This document shows, one piece after another, positions 1 through 12,829 of a stretch of DNA of 64,000 nt. The notes under the pieces are model-generated. The model searched no databases. It saw only the letters and a list, made by a program, of their open reading frames with translations, and was not told the DNA's origin. The position numbers and the translations under genes were made by a program. The DNA comes from Octopus sinensis (Eukaryota), in assembly GCF_006345805.1 (NCBI RefSeq), contig NC_043002.1, forward strand, positions 16,368,001 to 16,432,000, in the 5' to 3' direction. How positions within the stretch are numbered: position 1 is the first letter of the stretch; each line of letters opens with the position of its first letter.

Positions 1-121
1 AGAATTTATTGTTCGGCTGTTTAGCTTAAAGGTAGACTACTCTAACTGGATATTAGAGGGGTGCGATTTCGATCCTCATAGCTGGATTCCGACAAATTCT
101 GCTGCTCTTAAAGGATTTTAT

Positions 122-173
<52 letters not shown>

Positions 174-181
174 ATATATAA

Positions 182-445
182 TCGGGGACTGCGATGCATA
201 CGAGAATGGCCACTCCCTGTGCTAACCTAGTGATGGGATATCTAGAAATCAGTCTTTATCCCAAGTTACTAGAAAAATACGCAACCCATTCTCCCTCTAC
301 AGAGAAAATAACCAGAAGTGGTATCTCGATGACTGCTTCATTCTTTGGCATGAAAGTATAGAGAGATTAAAGAATTTCAAGCACTTATTAATGGACTTGC
401 CGTAAATATTCAATTTACGATGCAATATAGCCATCATCAACTCAT
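182..445 (+). mobile_element. Penelope-like element reverse transcriptase fragment (frameshifted)
   Basis: Manual translation gives SGTAMHTRMATPCANLVMGYLE (cf. PLE GTAMGTxMAPxYANLxMGYLE), then after a frameshift KWYLDDCFILW (YxDD motif). Confidence 0.75.
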
Positions 446-451
446 ATCCCT

Positions 452-541
452 CGACACCGGCACAACGTGCCTCTCAGTTGGACTGAGCTCGGAACCATGT
501 GGCTGGAAAGCAAGCTTGTTACCACACAGCCATGCCTGTGC
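452..541 (-). mobile_element. SINE family B, 5' head fragment
   Basis: Reverse complement matches the tRNA-like head of the copy at 61355 (tggctgtgtggtaa...caagcttgct...ccacatggttccg). Confidence 0.6.
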
Positions 542-699
542 CTACATATATGTGCACACAAACGCAAACACATACACATACACACACATATAGACAGATA
601 GAAAGATAAAGAGATATATAGATAGATAGATAGATAGATAAGGAGAGAGAGAGAGAGAAACAAATATCTTGAAAGGTAGTGTGATACATAAACAGCAAT

Positions 700-895
<196 letters not shown>

Positions 896-1344
896 TCACG
901 CACGCACACACACACACACTTATTTTGAGAGATGGAGAGTTTTACAGAAAGGCAGACAGAGAGGGAGAGAGAAGTACATATATCTTCCTGTACAGTTACA
1001 TTTAATTACTTCAGTATATAAGTGTGTGGTAGGCTGTGTTTTCTAAATGTACACTTTATATACAAAACGGACGTCTCCTTTGAAATTTAAGTTGCTTCTC
1101 TATACTGTTGCGAAATGATTTGTTGAAAATTGCAACTCAAAGAAGAAATATATTTTTCCGTCTTTTTGATGACTGTTTCCAGGGTTACAAACATGAACCT
1201 CCCGCCGAATTTCCCTTGCTGTCCGACTTCATCGATAGAAATAAGTATAATTTTTGTATCTGAATAACTCTTTAAATATGTTCCTGTCTCCAAAGTGGAA
1301 CCATACCATTATATATATACATATACATATATATGTGTGTGCTC

Positions 1345-1388
<44 letters not shown>

Positions 1389-2577
1389 GAGAATATACAA
1401 GCACACACGCACACGGGTCTATGTATATATAAATGCAAACAAAAGTATAGAGGGACCGAGTGTCGTCTGTATATGAGAACATAGAATCTATTTTGCAAAA
1501 TGTGAGTATTACAGCCTGTTCATTCTATCTACACTCGAATAAAGTAGTAAATCCATAGGTTATACACTCACTTTTTCTCCCTTTTTTTTTCTCCTTCTTT
1601 TCTCTTTTTCTCCTCTTTCTTCTTCACTCACTCATAATCCACTTCTGCCTATTGCGAAGTCTGGACAATTTACATTTAATCCAATGATTCAACATGAAAG
1701 CTTCATTCAAAATATTGACAAAATGCTGACTGGATTTTCCTGGGATTATACCTAACTGCCTATACCTTCATAGAAGTTCAGACCAACCTCCATATCCTCT
1801 CGAAAAAGATGAACTGTGAACTTTATTCTACTGTCTGTATTTTACTCTTTATTCTTCTATTTGAATATTCTTTTACACTTTATTCTTTATTCTTCTATTT
1901 TAATCCTTATTAACTACTAATTTCTCTGTCTGGCACTTCCATGCATAATCACCTTGTCTCTGATGACTGAATACCTAGTGCTCGGTCATGCTAGTCTATC
2001 ACTTTAGATACCCAGAAACAGTTATAAGACTTCAAATTCACTTTACCGTAAATTATTATAAATCAATTGACATTCTTCTCCGGCCTCGGTTTTGGTTGTT
2101 CTTTTCCTCCAATATATACGTACTAACACAGAAACCTAATACGGATCCCTAGTCTCAGCCTCAGCTGTGAGCTTGGAACCTAACGGTTGACCAATCATAT
2201 CACTTACTCAGCGTAACTATTCTCTTCAGTTATGTTGAACCAAGTGATACAGGAAATTGCAGCATTAACGACGAAATATTTGTGGAGTAAATGATGGTTT
2301 CATTCGGCTAAGTGGCATTTAATACGTCCGTTTGGAGGATTCCATGCCCTAACCTATCATGGAAAATTGGCAGTGGCGCGTATGTTATATTTGAATTCAC
2401 CGAAAAGCTGCCAGTTGATATGCTTGACTCTGAGGCGGTCAGCGCTGCATCTAACACAATCCATCGTTTTGTTGACTGCCAAATGAATGGAGCTGTAATG
2501 GAGATATTGTACGTAAATGTGTACATTCCTCAAATGGGCTAAATTGGTAGACGGCAACGGTGAAGTGAACAGCTGAA

Positions 2578-2636
2578 ATGTTGCGGAAAGCGAAGACATT
2601 GGATTGGTGGTGTGGCTCTGGAAGAGGAAACAAAAG
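2578..2636 (+). other. Candidate exon end (ATG at 2578, donor AAG|GTGAGT at 2637)
   Basis: Strong donor consensus at the end of a non-repetitive, higher-GC stretch. No homology recognised. Confidence 0.3.
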
Positions 2637-4049
2637 GTGAGTCTATGTAGTCACATGAGAATATGTAGTAATGAATTACTTAAAATATATGGCATAATGG
2701 CTTACCGCGTGATATGTATATAATTTGTCTGTATTTTAGTATATAGTGTAAATCAGCGAAATATAAGCAAATGAACAAAATAGAAGCCCCTGTGTAGAAC
2801 CGGTAATTTAACTGTAAAAGCCACAATAATTATGAGAGAGAGACAAACAATTATATATATATATATATAGTATAAATTTCTTAATGTAAGGGTATCTATG
2901 TAATTGTAAATAAATTGCAACCTTGCAACTACTACGAAAATTATTAACTGGTAATGGAACAGCTTATCAAGTTCACATACTGATCACGTTGTATTATTTA
3001 ACGAGAATTATTTCATAACATCAAAAACCAGAAAATCTAAAATACCTATTATTCTGAACTTGAATAGCAGTCTCCTGTCATTTACTTGATTTTTCCATCG
3101 TTTTAACTTTACACATTAGGTGCAGACAAAAAATATTTTCTCGGCAGTACTCATGCCGCGTGGGCAGAATACTTGGGTGAGTGTTGACACCACCGTTTTG
3201 GTGCATTTCTGAAAACATTCGCGCCGGATGCCGCATCAATTAGCGGTTCTTACGCCCAAAATACAGACATGTACCGAGCGCTCGTCACCTCCGATTGAAC
3301 GAATTTTGTTCACGTTGCATTAGATTTGTCAGGAAAATAATAAATTTGAATACTTTTTGAAAGCACTTCGTACATATGTCAATGCACAAAAACGATCTTT
3401 ATAAACACAAAGAATGGTGCCGTGCACAGAGAATGCCACAAGCGAAATGGGATATTTTCGATGTATGTTGTATTGCTTGAGTGCAAGCTAGTTCAAACTA
3501 TTGATTTAAACTTGCATTTTTAAACGAAGATATATGTCGACCTACATATTAATAAGCATTTTTCGTTAATAAAACAATTGGTAGAAATAATTTGATAAAG
3601 GTCGGAAGAACTGGTGCGAATCATTTCAACGTTTTTGCTCAGACTTTAAAACCTTTTATTGACATAATGGCAAGAATTTGAAATGAAATCATATATCATG
3701 GGAAGCCATAAATACGCTATAGAAGCTAAAAGTACTTTCAGTCATGTAGGTTATTGTAATTTCAAATTACCTAGGAAAAAATATTTAATTTACCTTTTGT
3801 AAATTAGATATTTAGAGAAAAAAAAATGTCCACCATTGACATATTTGGAGAATTTCATTTCTCTTTTCATTACTTGAACAATTTTTTTCTCCTTAATTAT
3901 GGAACGCAGCAACGTATTATTTACAATAAAATAAATTTACTTGCTAAATATATATGTGTATGCGTGTGTGTATGTGTGTATAGATTTTATTTATTTCAGA
4001 TACATTATAACATATATATATATATGTGTGTGGTGTGTGTGTGTGTATG

Positions 4050-4080
<31 letters not shown>

Positions 4081-4083
4081 ATG

Positions 4084-4114
<31 letters not shown>

Positions 4115-4142
4115 TTATATATTATATATATATATATATATA

Positions 4143-4184
<42 letters not shown>

Positions 4185-4877
4185 CATATTAATTTTTGTA
4201 GAAATTTCTATTTTCGCTTATATTCTTTGAATTGTGCTATAAAAAGTTTTTGAATGAAAATATAAATTTGTCAGAATTTACTGTAAATTGGCTTTAATAG
4301 TCAGTTTCTTATATTAAAATGCTTAAGAATAAACCTCCCGAGAAAAATATATTGTTGTATTTGGTGTGATTATTGCTTGGTCTTTGTATGAAATATGAAC
4401 TGATAAATTATCTATAATTTTCAGAAAGAGTGTATTTACGAATAAAAATTGAACGGATTTATAATTTCAAAAAGTAAAAAAGAAAAGACACGTATAATAA
4501 TCGTTCTAATGGGATGTGACTACATTATCAGTTATTGACAGAAAATAATAGAAAACGAAAGTGTGTTTCTATGTCTCTAAGGCCTACATTTTAAAATGAG
4601 TTATTAATATACTGACGAGGTGCCTGAATTGGTGAAACAATAAACAAAGGGAATATGAGTCTTGGACGCGTTATATGTCATGCACATATGTCCATATATG
4701 TGTGTGTATGTCTGTGTATGTCTACGAGTTTAAAGCTTTGATGTATATTTCTATCTGTTTCTGTATGCATCCATATACTTATTAATCTTTCTGTGAAGAG
4801 AGTAAGATAGAGACATACATACATACATACGTACATAGGCAGATATATAAATAGTTAGACAGGTGGAGAGATAAATG

Positions 4878-4937
<60 letters not shown>

Positions 4938-4938
<1 letters not shown>

Positions 4939-5152
4939 CGAGAAGCTTTATGAAAATAAACAAAAGACGAAGGCAGGTGGAATACAAACAAACAATTGTA
5001 TTAGTATGGCGCTCAGGAATATAAATAAAACAAGTCTTTTACGTTTCGAGCCTACGCTCTTCAACAGAAAGATACACAGAAAAGAAACACGGAGAGAAAC
5101 AAGGAGAGAAAAAAAAATGCGTGCAGAAGCTAGCGAATCAACATGGCGATCT
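4938..5152 (-). mobile_element. Penelope pseudo-LTR-like ~200 bp unit with hammerhead motif (subfamily 2)
   Basis: Flanked by (TA)n and homologous to 27321-27465 and 29291-29432. Minus strand 5036-5071 reads cttt-CTGTTGA-a-gagc-gtag-gctc-GAAAC-GTA-aaag. Confidence 0.7.
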
Positions 5153-5723
5153 TATATATATATACTTAGATAGATGATAGCTAGCTAGCTAGCTAGCTAG
5201 ATAGATAGATAGAGAGAGAGCGAGAGAGAGATAGAGAGAGATGATAGAGGGATAGATAGATAACAAGGATTTTTGAAGGCCAGATTTCCTAATTATTTTT
5301 TTTAACTAACTACTAAAAAACTTGTAGAATGTGTTTTGTTTTTCGAATATATATATGTCTGTTTGTGTGTGTCTGTGTGTGTGTATGTGTATGTTTACAT
5401 ATATCTGTTTGTTTGTATGCATCCACGTTTACTTTCGTATTTGTTTTGTTTTTTTTTTCCTGAAATATCACGTGTTCGTGCACTGGGGGTGGGGTAAGCA
5501 TGTATTAGTTAAACTTTCAGTTCATAAAAATATCGATCGACTATATATTTTTCACTTCTTAATTAGTGTATGTATATTAAATGTCACCGCCCGTACAGTG
5601 GTGATAAATGTCCCTGATACGACCGGTGAATTTTTTCATCTGAAGAAGATGCCTTGCCTAAACATGTATCTCTACTAAAATACAGTTACATAGATTTTCA
5701 TTTATCATTGCTTATCATTGTAG

Positions 5724-5826
5724 GTGCTCTGAAGAGAAAAAGGAGAATCGTGGTTTGACCATCGTTCAGGAATGTATGAAATGACAATTTAATGTGAAGA
5801 AAACAGGAATAGAGAGGAAAGAGTTT
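5724..5826 (+). other. Candidate non-coding or terminal exon (tgtag|...|gtgagt)
   Basis: Canonical acceptor and GTGAGT donor. Stop codons occur in all three frames. Confidence 0.3.
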
Positions 5827-7000
5827 GTGAGTTTTATTAGAAATTATTCTAAGAGCAATAGATCTCCAACATTAATATGTCTATTTTTCTATTTTTATTC
5901 TCCTGCTGATACAAAGAGACAGTATGTCCGATACCAATGAATATATACATAGTACAATCAGTTTATAACATCTGAGCTTATGAAATTCGAAAATTATTTC
6001 TTGCAGACATAAAAGTAGTTCAAGTTACTAGTGGTTTTGGAAGGAGGCGATGGTAGGTGATTTGTGATGAATTTGATAGCGAGATAACATCAGTCAAGTT
6101 GTATAAACAAGTTCATGTTTGCGATCATTTTCAAAAATCTATTTGCTCAGTTACATTATAAGTGATATTTTATAAAATTTACCATACGAAAATGAGTATG
6201 CATCTACAAATCTCAATTATTTTCATGCTAGCCTTCGCTACGATTTTTATATTCAAACGAATATATCGATAACTGATATCACTTTGAGTTATATATCTTC
6301 AGTAATATTATGTAAAATTCATCAGTTTAAACTACTTTGCAATCAATTTAATGGAGAGTTTGTTAAGTGCAAATGATATAGTTTGCTTTAATTCATATGT
6401 ATCGAATAATTCTCTTGCAGCCATGCTGACATCAAAGAATCACCAGCAATTTTACCCTTAGTTTTTAGACGTTAATATGAATTATGCACATAACTACATT
6501 AATTTCTGGAGAGTGTTTGGTAAGTGAATGGTTACTATATCAAACAGATTGCTTGTATATTGTTTTCTATTATTAATGGAATATATAGATTTTATTACTG
6601 AAATTATGGTTTAGCTTAGTGGTAATTTACAATATCGTGTCATCAATCATTAATTATAAAACTGCGTAATCGTCATGAAGTGGTATTAATTCTTGTTCGT
6701 GGATGATTTAGCAAATTAAGTTTATACAATTGAAGTTGGGAACGGATTGATTAAAACCTGAAGTTTAGCACTACTAGAAGTATTTAGGGCAATATATTTT
6801 ATGTTTTAAGTCTGAATATAAAGTGAGATAATTTGATAGAAGCATTGACGTGGATAAATTTATTTTGTAGAGATATATATTGCTTAGATTCCACAAGTAA
6901 TTTTTTTTCTATATATATTTTCACATGTGAAGTTTGTAATTTGTCTGGTTTGTTTTTTTGTTGTTTTTTGGGTTTTTTTTTTTTTCGAAACTGTTCTTAA

Positions 7001-7237
7001 CTGAAAGGCGGTGAGCTGGCAGAAACTTTAGCACGCCGGGCGGAATGCTTAGCAGTATTTCTTCTGCCGTTACGTTCTCAATTCCAATTCCGCCAAGGTC
7101 GACGTTGCCTTTCATCCTTTCGGGGTCGATAAATTAAGTACCAGTTAAGCACTGGGGTCAGTGTAATCGACTTAATCCCTTTGGCTGTCCTTGTTTGTCC
7201 CCTCTGTGTTTAGCCCCATGTGGGCAATAAAGAAATA
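7001..7237 (+). mobile_element. tRNA-derived SINE family A (tail type 1) with 15-bp TSD
   Basis: TSD cgaaactgttcttaa at 6986-7000 and 7238-7252. A/B-box-like head. Homologues at 12356, 38542 and 39852. Confidence 0.9.
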
Positions 7238-8951
7238 CGAAACTGTTCTTAAATATTCCGAAATATATATTGGTTTCAAATTAACGCACAATCCCAGCAC
7301 TTAGCGGAGAGGGACGAGGTCTATTCCATGGACCTCAGTGCTGAAGTGGTACTTATTTTATCGACCACGAAAAGTAAATCGGTGTAATTTGAAATTTAGA
7401 TGTAGAGACGAACGAAATGCTCGTGTAGTCATGACTCGTCCAGCTCGCTGCCTTATATATTATCTTGCATTGATAACTAAATTTCACGCCTCTGACACAT
7501 GAAACGTATTGCCTAAATGTACAAATTTTCTTGTTATTTTTATGGTTTTCTTTAAAGGTAATTAATTCTCCTAGACGTTTCTGAATCTTGAATCAACATA
7601 TTCTATATCAATATCATTGGAAGCCTACACCTCTTTTATACGTTTCTGTGTGGATTATGCCTTACCTCTTAACACTTAACATTGTACCGTATACCTCATT
7701 CTCATTGTCCCATTTTTAGTCCACTCTTTTTCTTTACTCCAAACCTCCACTTCGTAGAACTCACGCCAAACTACTACGTATAGCCTCCAACACTTCATAC
7801 ACATTCATGATTATACTCGAAATCTCGCAGCCAATCAAATTCAGCATTAATTTTCATATAGTCCTTGACAATAAAAGTATCCAATGGTAAATCACAAAAT
7901 TGAGAGCCACTTTAGGAAAGCTTCAGGGCTATCTACATTCCATTAAGCTTTACACCTGACATTTGCCAATTCATAATATATTTATACACATACAAATCGA
8001 TTGACTAAAAAGTAAACAGGTGTGTTTCTTACAAGAAACAGTGTACTCACAAATAATTGCATGTGCAACATCGTACTGCTTCCTCGGAAATTTCAACATG
8101 AAGCGTATGTTTAATTCAGAAAGAATTTACTACATATGAAAGCTTAACTTTCAGACATCTACATAAGAACTGCAATACGACTCGAGAAAAGTTACTCCCA
8201 GTAATAAGCAGATTTAGATAATCATATGTCTTAAAATAGGTGCGTAACAAGTATTCATATGCACCAATATAAATACACAGAGTGTATAGAAAAATGGCAA
8301 TATACACTTAATCACTTACATAGGAATAGAAAATAAATAAATGAATAAATAATCTAATGAATAAAAATACCACATGATGACTAGGCAGACCTAAAACTGG
8401 CAAAACCCAGGCAAATATAAGCAATGAAAAAAGAGAAAAGGAAAGTATCTAAAATGGGGAGAAAAGGTTATTTTCTACTCTTTATGTGGCTATAGATGAA
8501 GAGATGGGGTAGCTAAAATAGTAAACTAATACGAAACATCAACTTGCCCCTTGGCTTGCGATGCCCTTAGTAACACATTTCTGTTCTTCAAGGTGGAATT
8601 TTCTGAATGTAGTGTAAAGCTATAAATAAATAGGTTGCAGAAATTAGACGACACAGTAAATTACTAATAGCAAAATAGTAAAGTGTTCTATTAAGTGATA
8701 AATGAAAGTGAAAATAGCACGCGTTTCCAGTTTTTTTTGTGTAACTGTCAACAGAATTTCAAAGACGTATATATCGTAATGCATACCTGTATACCTGTGT
8801 ACTAACACATATTCCTCTGTGAATATGTTCCTGTGAATGCATTTATGATTGTACGCATGTACATGTATGTGTGCGTACATATGCATATATAATACAGATA
8901 CACATATATATGTGCAATTAAATATTTATTCACAGAAAAAACAGAGAGACA

Positions 8952-8957
<6 letters not shown>

Positions 8958-8990
<33 letters not shown>

Positions 8991-9013
8991 ATAGATAGAT
9001 AGATAGATAGATA

Positions 9014-9052
<39 letters not shown>

Positions 9053-9112
9053 AGACGGACGGACGGACGGACAGACATACATACATACATACAGACAGAT
9101 ATATAGATAGAT

Positions 9113-9156
<44 letters not shown>

Positions 9157-9183
9157 TATAGATATATATATATATATATATAT

Positions 9184-9226
<43 letters not shown>

Positions 9227-9227
9227 T

Positions 9228-9325
<98 letters not shown>

Positions 9326-9340
9326 TGATTGATAGTTAGA
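8958..9340. repeat. Compound microsatellite (TA)n/(GATA)n/(GATT)n/(GACG)n/(CATA)n
   Basis: Read directly from the sequence. Confidence 0.97.
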
Positions 9341-10125
9341 TAGATGGATAGAATGTAGTTATGAATGTAGTAATTATTTCGTTTGAAGTAACATAAAAAT
9401 AGTTTATATTATATATGAAATGATCGTATATGCATTTCATCATGAATATCATCTACAGATATGTTATATTTCATAGAACGGAAAACATATTTGTAATAAA
9501 GTTACTCTTGATCGTATGCTAATGAAGATGTACTGCGCCATGCAACAAAAAACTTTTGTGGTGTCACTTCTTCAAAAATGAACCACACCTCACTCAAAAA
9601 AAGCAATAAGTTATCTGGAAGGACAAGATTACAACGGCTGTAATGCTTGAACTTAAAAGAAAATTTCGTCAAACAACAACAGAAATATCATTTAAAGTAG
9701 GATGCAAATCACCTAGTATTTACGATAACAGATATGACATGCCTGCTCTGTTTAAGATAAAGTATCACTTCATAATAAATCAGATCCGTTTCGGACTTAG
9801 CTTTTGCTTACATATATCACTTGGCAATTACTTCGGTACATTTAAGAGTTACATTTTGCTTTGGTGTTAGGTTTCCTGAGCTAAGCAAACTAAAACAAAA
9901 TGCTAAATTTCTTTGAATTTTCTCATTAATGAAATTAGATTTCGTCCATTTCGTAAGGTTTTGTAACCAATGGTATGAAATTAAACAACAATCTATTTGT
10001 TCTAAAGAGCTCGTGCTACATATGATAACTGCAGTGCCTGTATTAATAGTGTTATATCGTACTATTTCAGTTTAATTATATATAATATATATAAAATATG
10101 TAAGTTATAATAAGATATACGAAAG

Positions 10126-11585
10126 TATAATGAACTACAAAAGAAACGTCACACTTTAAATTATTATTTGTTTTGCATACGATATTTATATTATATGGAT
10201 TTTATTTCATTTCAATATAATTTGAAATAGGGATGATGTCACTGACCCACACACCAATCTCTTTTGAAAACACAAGTTGCATAAAGTGTTCGAACTCGCT
10301 CACTTTTCGTGAACATGGTAATGCTCACGAACGAATCGTTATGATAAGCATAATGCATGTGCAAAACGTATTAAAGCCACCCAAATTTACCTGCCTGTCA
10401 TTCGTTTCCCAAACGCAGCAAACATGCCAAGACTGACACGAAATCAGAGGGAGCAAGCCATCGGACGTCTCCATGCTCGTCAACGTCCATACTGCGGTAT
10501 TCGGACAATTGAGTGGTTGAGAGAACAATACAATGCCACAAACAGGACGGGTTATTGTCCTCGCAGTGACCGACCAACGGCATGTCAAGAGCACCACCGG
10601 CATTGACAGCTCTTGCAGGGTCGATTCCGGAGGGCAACGGAATGAGACCATAGGGACTCACCACTGACCAATTTGTGCAGAGACAGTTCACAGCTGGTTG
10701 AGGTCTTTCAATATGTCTTGTTGACCTCCGGCTAGGACCCCATCCTCACAGATCATCATCGACCGGTACGTCTGCAGTGGGCTCAAAGTCTTCAGAACTG
10801 GTGATATCAGCAGTAGAGGATTATAGTCTTCTCTGACGAAAGTCGATATTGTATTTCTGTGGCCGATGGCAGAGCTAAGGATTGGAGAAGAAGGGGTGAA
10901 GAAGAGAGAGTAATGGGGAGGACAGAGCATCATTATAATGGGTGGGATTGCACTTAACTAGAAACTTGTACCGTTGGACTGGTGATCTTCCAAAACATCG
11001 ACCAAGGCCGAGGCAACAGAGTAACGTTAAGTCCTCACATTGTGTCATACTTTGCCCTTCATCAGAATCACGTTCCAACACAACACAGCCTCGTTCCCAT
11101 ACTACTACCAGATTGACAACAAGCTTCCTCCAACAACACAACATTCTGCTACTCCCATGGTCTGCCAAATGTCCGAACTTGAAACCCCATATAGCATCTG
11201 TAGGACGCAATCCAACGAAGGCTACATAACATCCGTCCAAGATCAACAACTGCGGCACAATTCACTGCATGTTTTAACATAGTATGGGCTGCTATGCCCA
11301 TGGCCTTCATCAATAGTTTTTGGTGCATTCAATGTATAGAAAATACCTGATGGTAATCAACGCCAACGGTGGTCATGCGAAATATTGAGTTCATCTCTTT
11401 CGATCCAGGACACTCCGTCATCACTTGACACCACATGATGTCAAACATATTTCAGGAAATGACGTTTTATGTTTAGGAAAGCATCGTTTCGTAACTAGCA
11501 CACTTCAATCAATGCTATGATAGTCTGTTATAAACTGGTTTCTATTTAGTATGTGTGCTACGTTTCCTTTCTGGTTCATTTTAGT
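10126..11585 (+). mobile_element. Degenerate Tc1-family DNA transposon
   Basis: MPRLTRNQREQAIGRLH (HTH N-terminus) and HTTTRLTTSFLQQHNILLLPWSAKCPNLKP (cf. WPxxSPDLNPIE). Imperfect ~30-bp terminal inverted repeats at 10126-10154 and 11553-11585. Confidence 0.8.
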
Positions 11586-12355
11586 TTGTGATTACATTAT
11601 GTTTCTGAAAATATAGCTGAATATTTTCCCAGCCAAGAGGGCACAATATTTCATGACACTGAGTAACGTCGGCGTATTTGAAGGCTTTCCCGATGTAATT
11701 AGCTGCATACTGTATGTGAAATAGCTTCAACCGGAGATTAAAATACGTTGAATTCGCATCTACAGCGGAAGTTAATAAATATCATTTTCTTCCATATATT
11801 AATTTATTGTAAGAAATAAAACGGAATGTAATACAATGGAATCAATTCCAATAGATTTCTTATGCATTTTAAATTACTGGATTGAAAGATAGGCAATGAT
11901 ATTTTAGTATCGCTCAGGAAGCAGTAAGTATAAAGCATCCATCTTCTGTAACATTTAAACGTCCTCGCAGTAGGCTCGTTTTCACATCAATTTCTTATAT
12001 TCGAGAAATATAACACCCGCAAAATTCATAAGTATTAATCATGATAAATTTAATAAAAGAATTTCAAAATTTTCATATGAATATGGAATCCCTTTCTTCA
12101 CTTTTCTCTACCGCTTCATATTATCGTTTATGTTACATATATTTCATTCGAAGACAAATGTTCTGACATGACTCGTAATTCATAAATTTTTATGTTCATA
12201 TGTGCAGAATTCTTTGCTATCCATGCAATATTACAGAAGTAAAACGTAATTGGAAAAATACAGGATAAAGTTTTATAGCTTGATAGGGTGTATCCTGTGT
12301 CAGGCAGTGAATGATAGCAAACGCCGTATCACGAAATGTGCCAATACCGCTCTAC

Positions 12356-12586
12356 TTATTTCTTTAATATCCACAAGGGGTTAAACACAGAGAGGAAAAA
12401 CAAGGACAGACAAACGGATGAAGTCGATTCTATCGACCACAGTGCGTAGCTGGTACTTATTTAATCGACCCCGAAAGGATGAAAGGCAAAGTCGACCTCA
12501 GCGGAATTTGAATTCAGAACGTAGCGGCAGACTAACACCGTAAGTATTTCCCCTTGTGTGCTAACGTTTCTGCCAGCTCGCCACCT
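12356..12586 (-). mobile_element. SINE family A (tail type 1) with 17-bp TSD
   Basis: TSD tgccaata(c/a)cgctctac at 12339-12355 and 12587-12603, one mismatch. Confidence 0.88.
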
Positions 12587-12614
12587 TGCCAATAACGCTC
12601 TACATTCAACGTTC

Positions 12615-12828
12615 GTGCTGGCAGAAACGTTAGCACGCCGGGTGAAATGCTTTCCGGTATTTCGTCCGTCTGTATCTTCTGTGTTCAAATTCTGCTGAGG
12701 TTGACTTTGCTTTTCATTCTTTCGGTGTCGATTAAGCAAGTACCAGTTACACACTGGAGTCGATATAATCGACTAGTCTCCTCCCCCAAATGTCAGGCCT
12801 TGCACCTTTAGTAGAAAGGATTATTGCC
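12615..12828 (+). mobile_element. SINE family A, tail type 2 (cccccaaat...ggcctt...agtagaaaggattatt)
   Basis: Head and body match family A but the 3' end differs. The same tail occurs at 40085-40255. Confidence 0.8.
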
Positions 12829-12829
12829 A

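Noticed and set aside
1955-2030. ctgatga...gaaacagtt hammerhead-like motif in a C/T-rich remnant
   Set aside because: Stem II and stem I pairing could not be built convincingly. At best it is a decayed pseudo-LTR.
11585-11785. About 66 open codons on the minus strand (YAANYIGKAFKYADVTQCHEILCPLGWE)
   Set aside because: No convincing donor and no recognisable homology. Open frames of this length are expected by chance in 64 kb.
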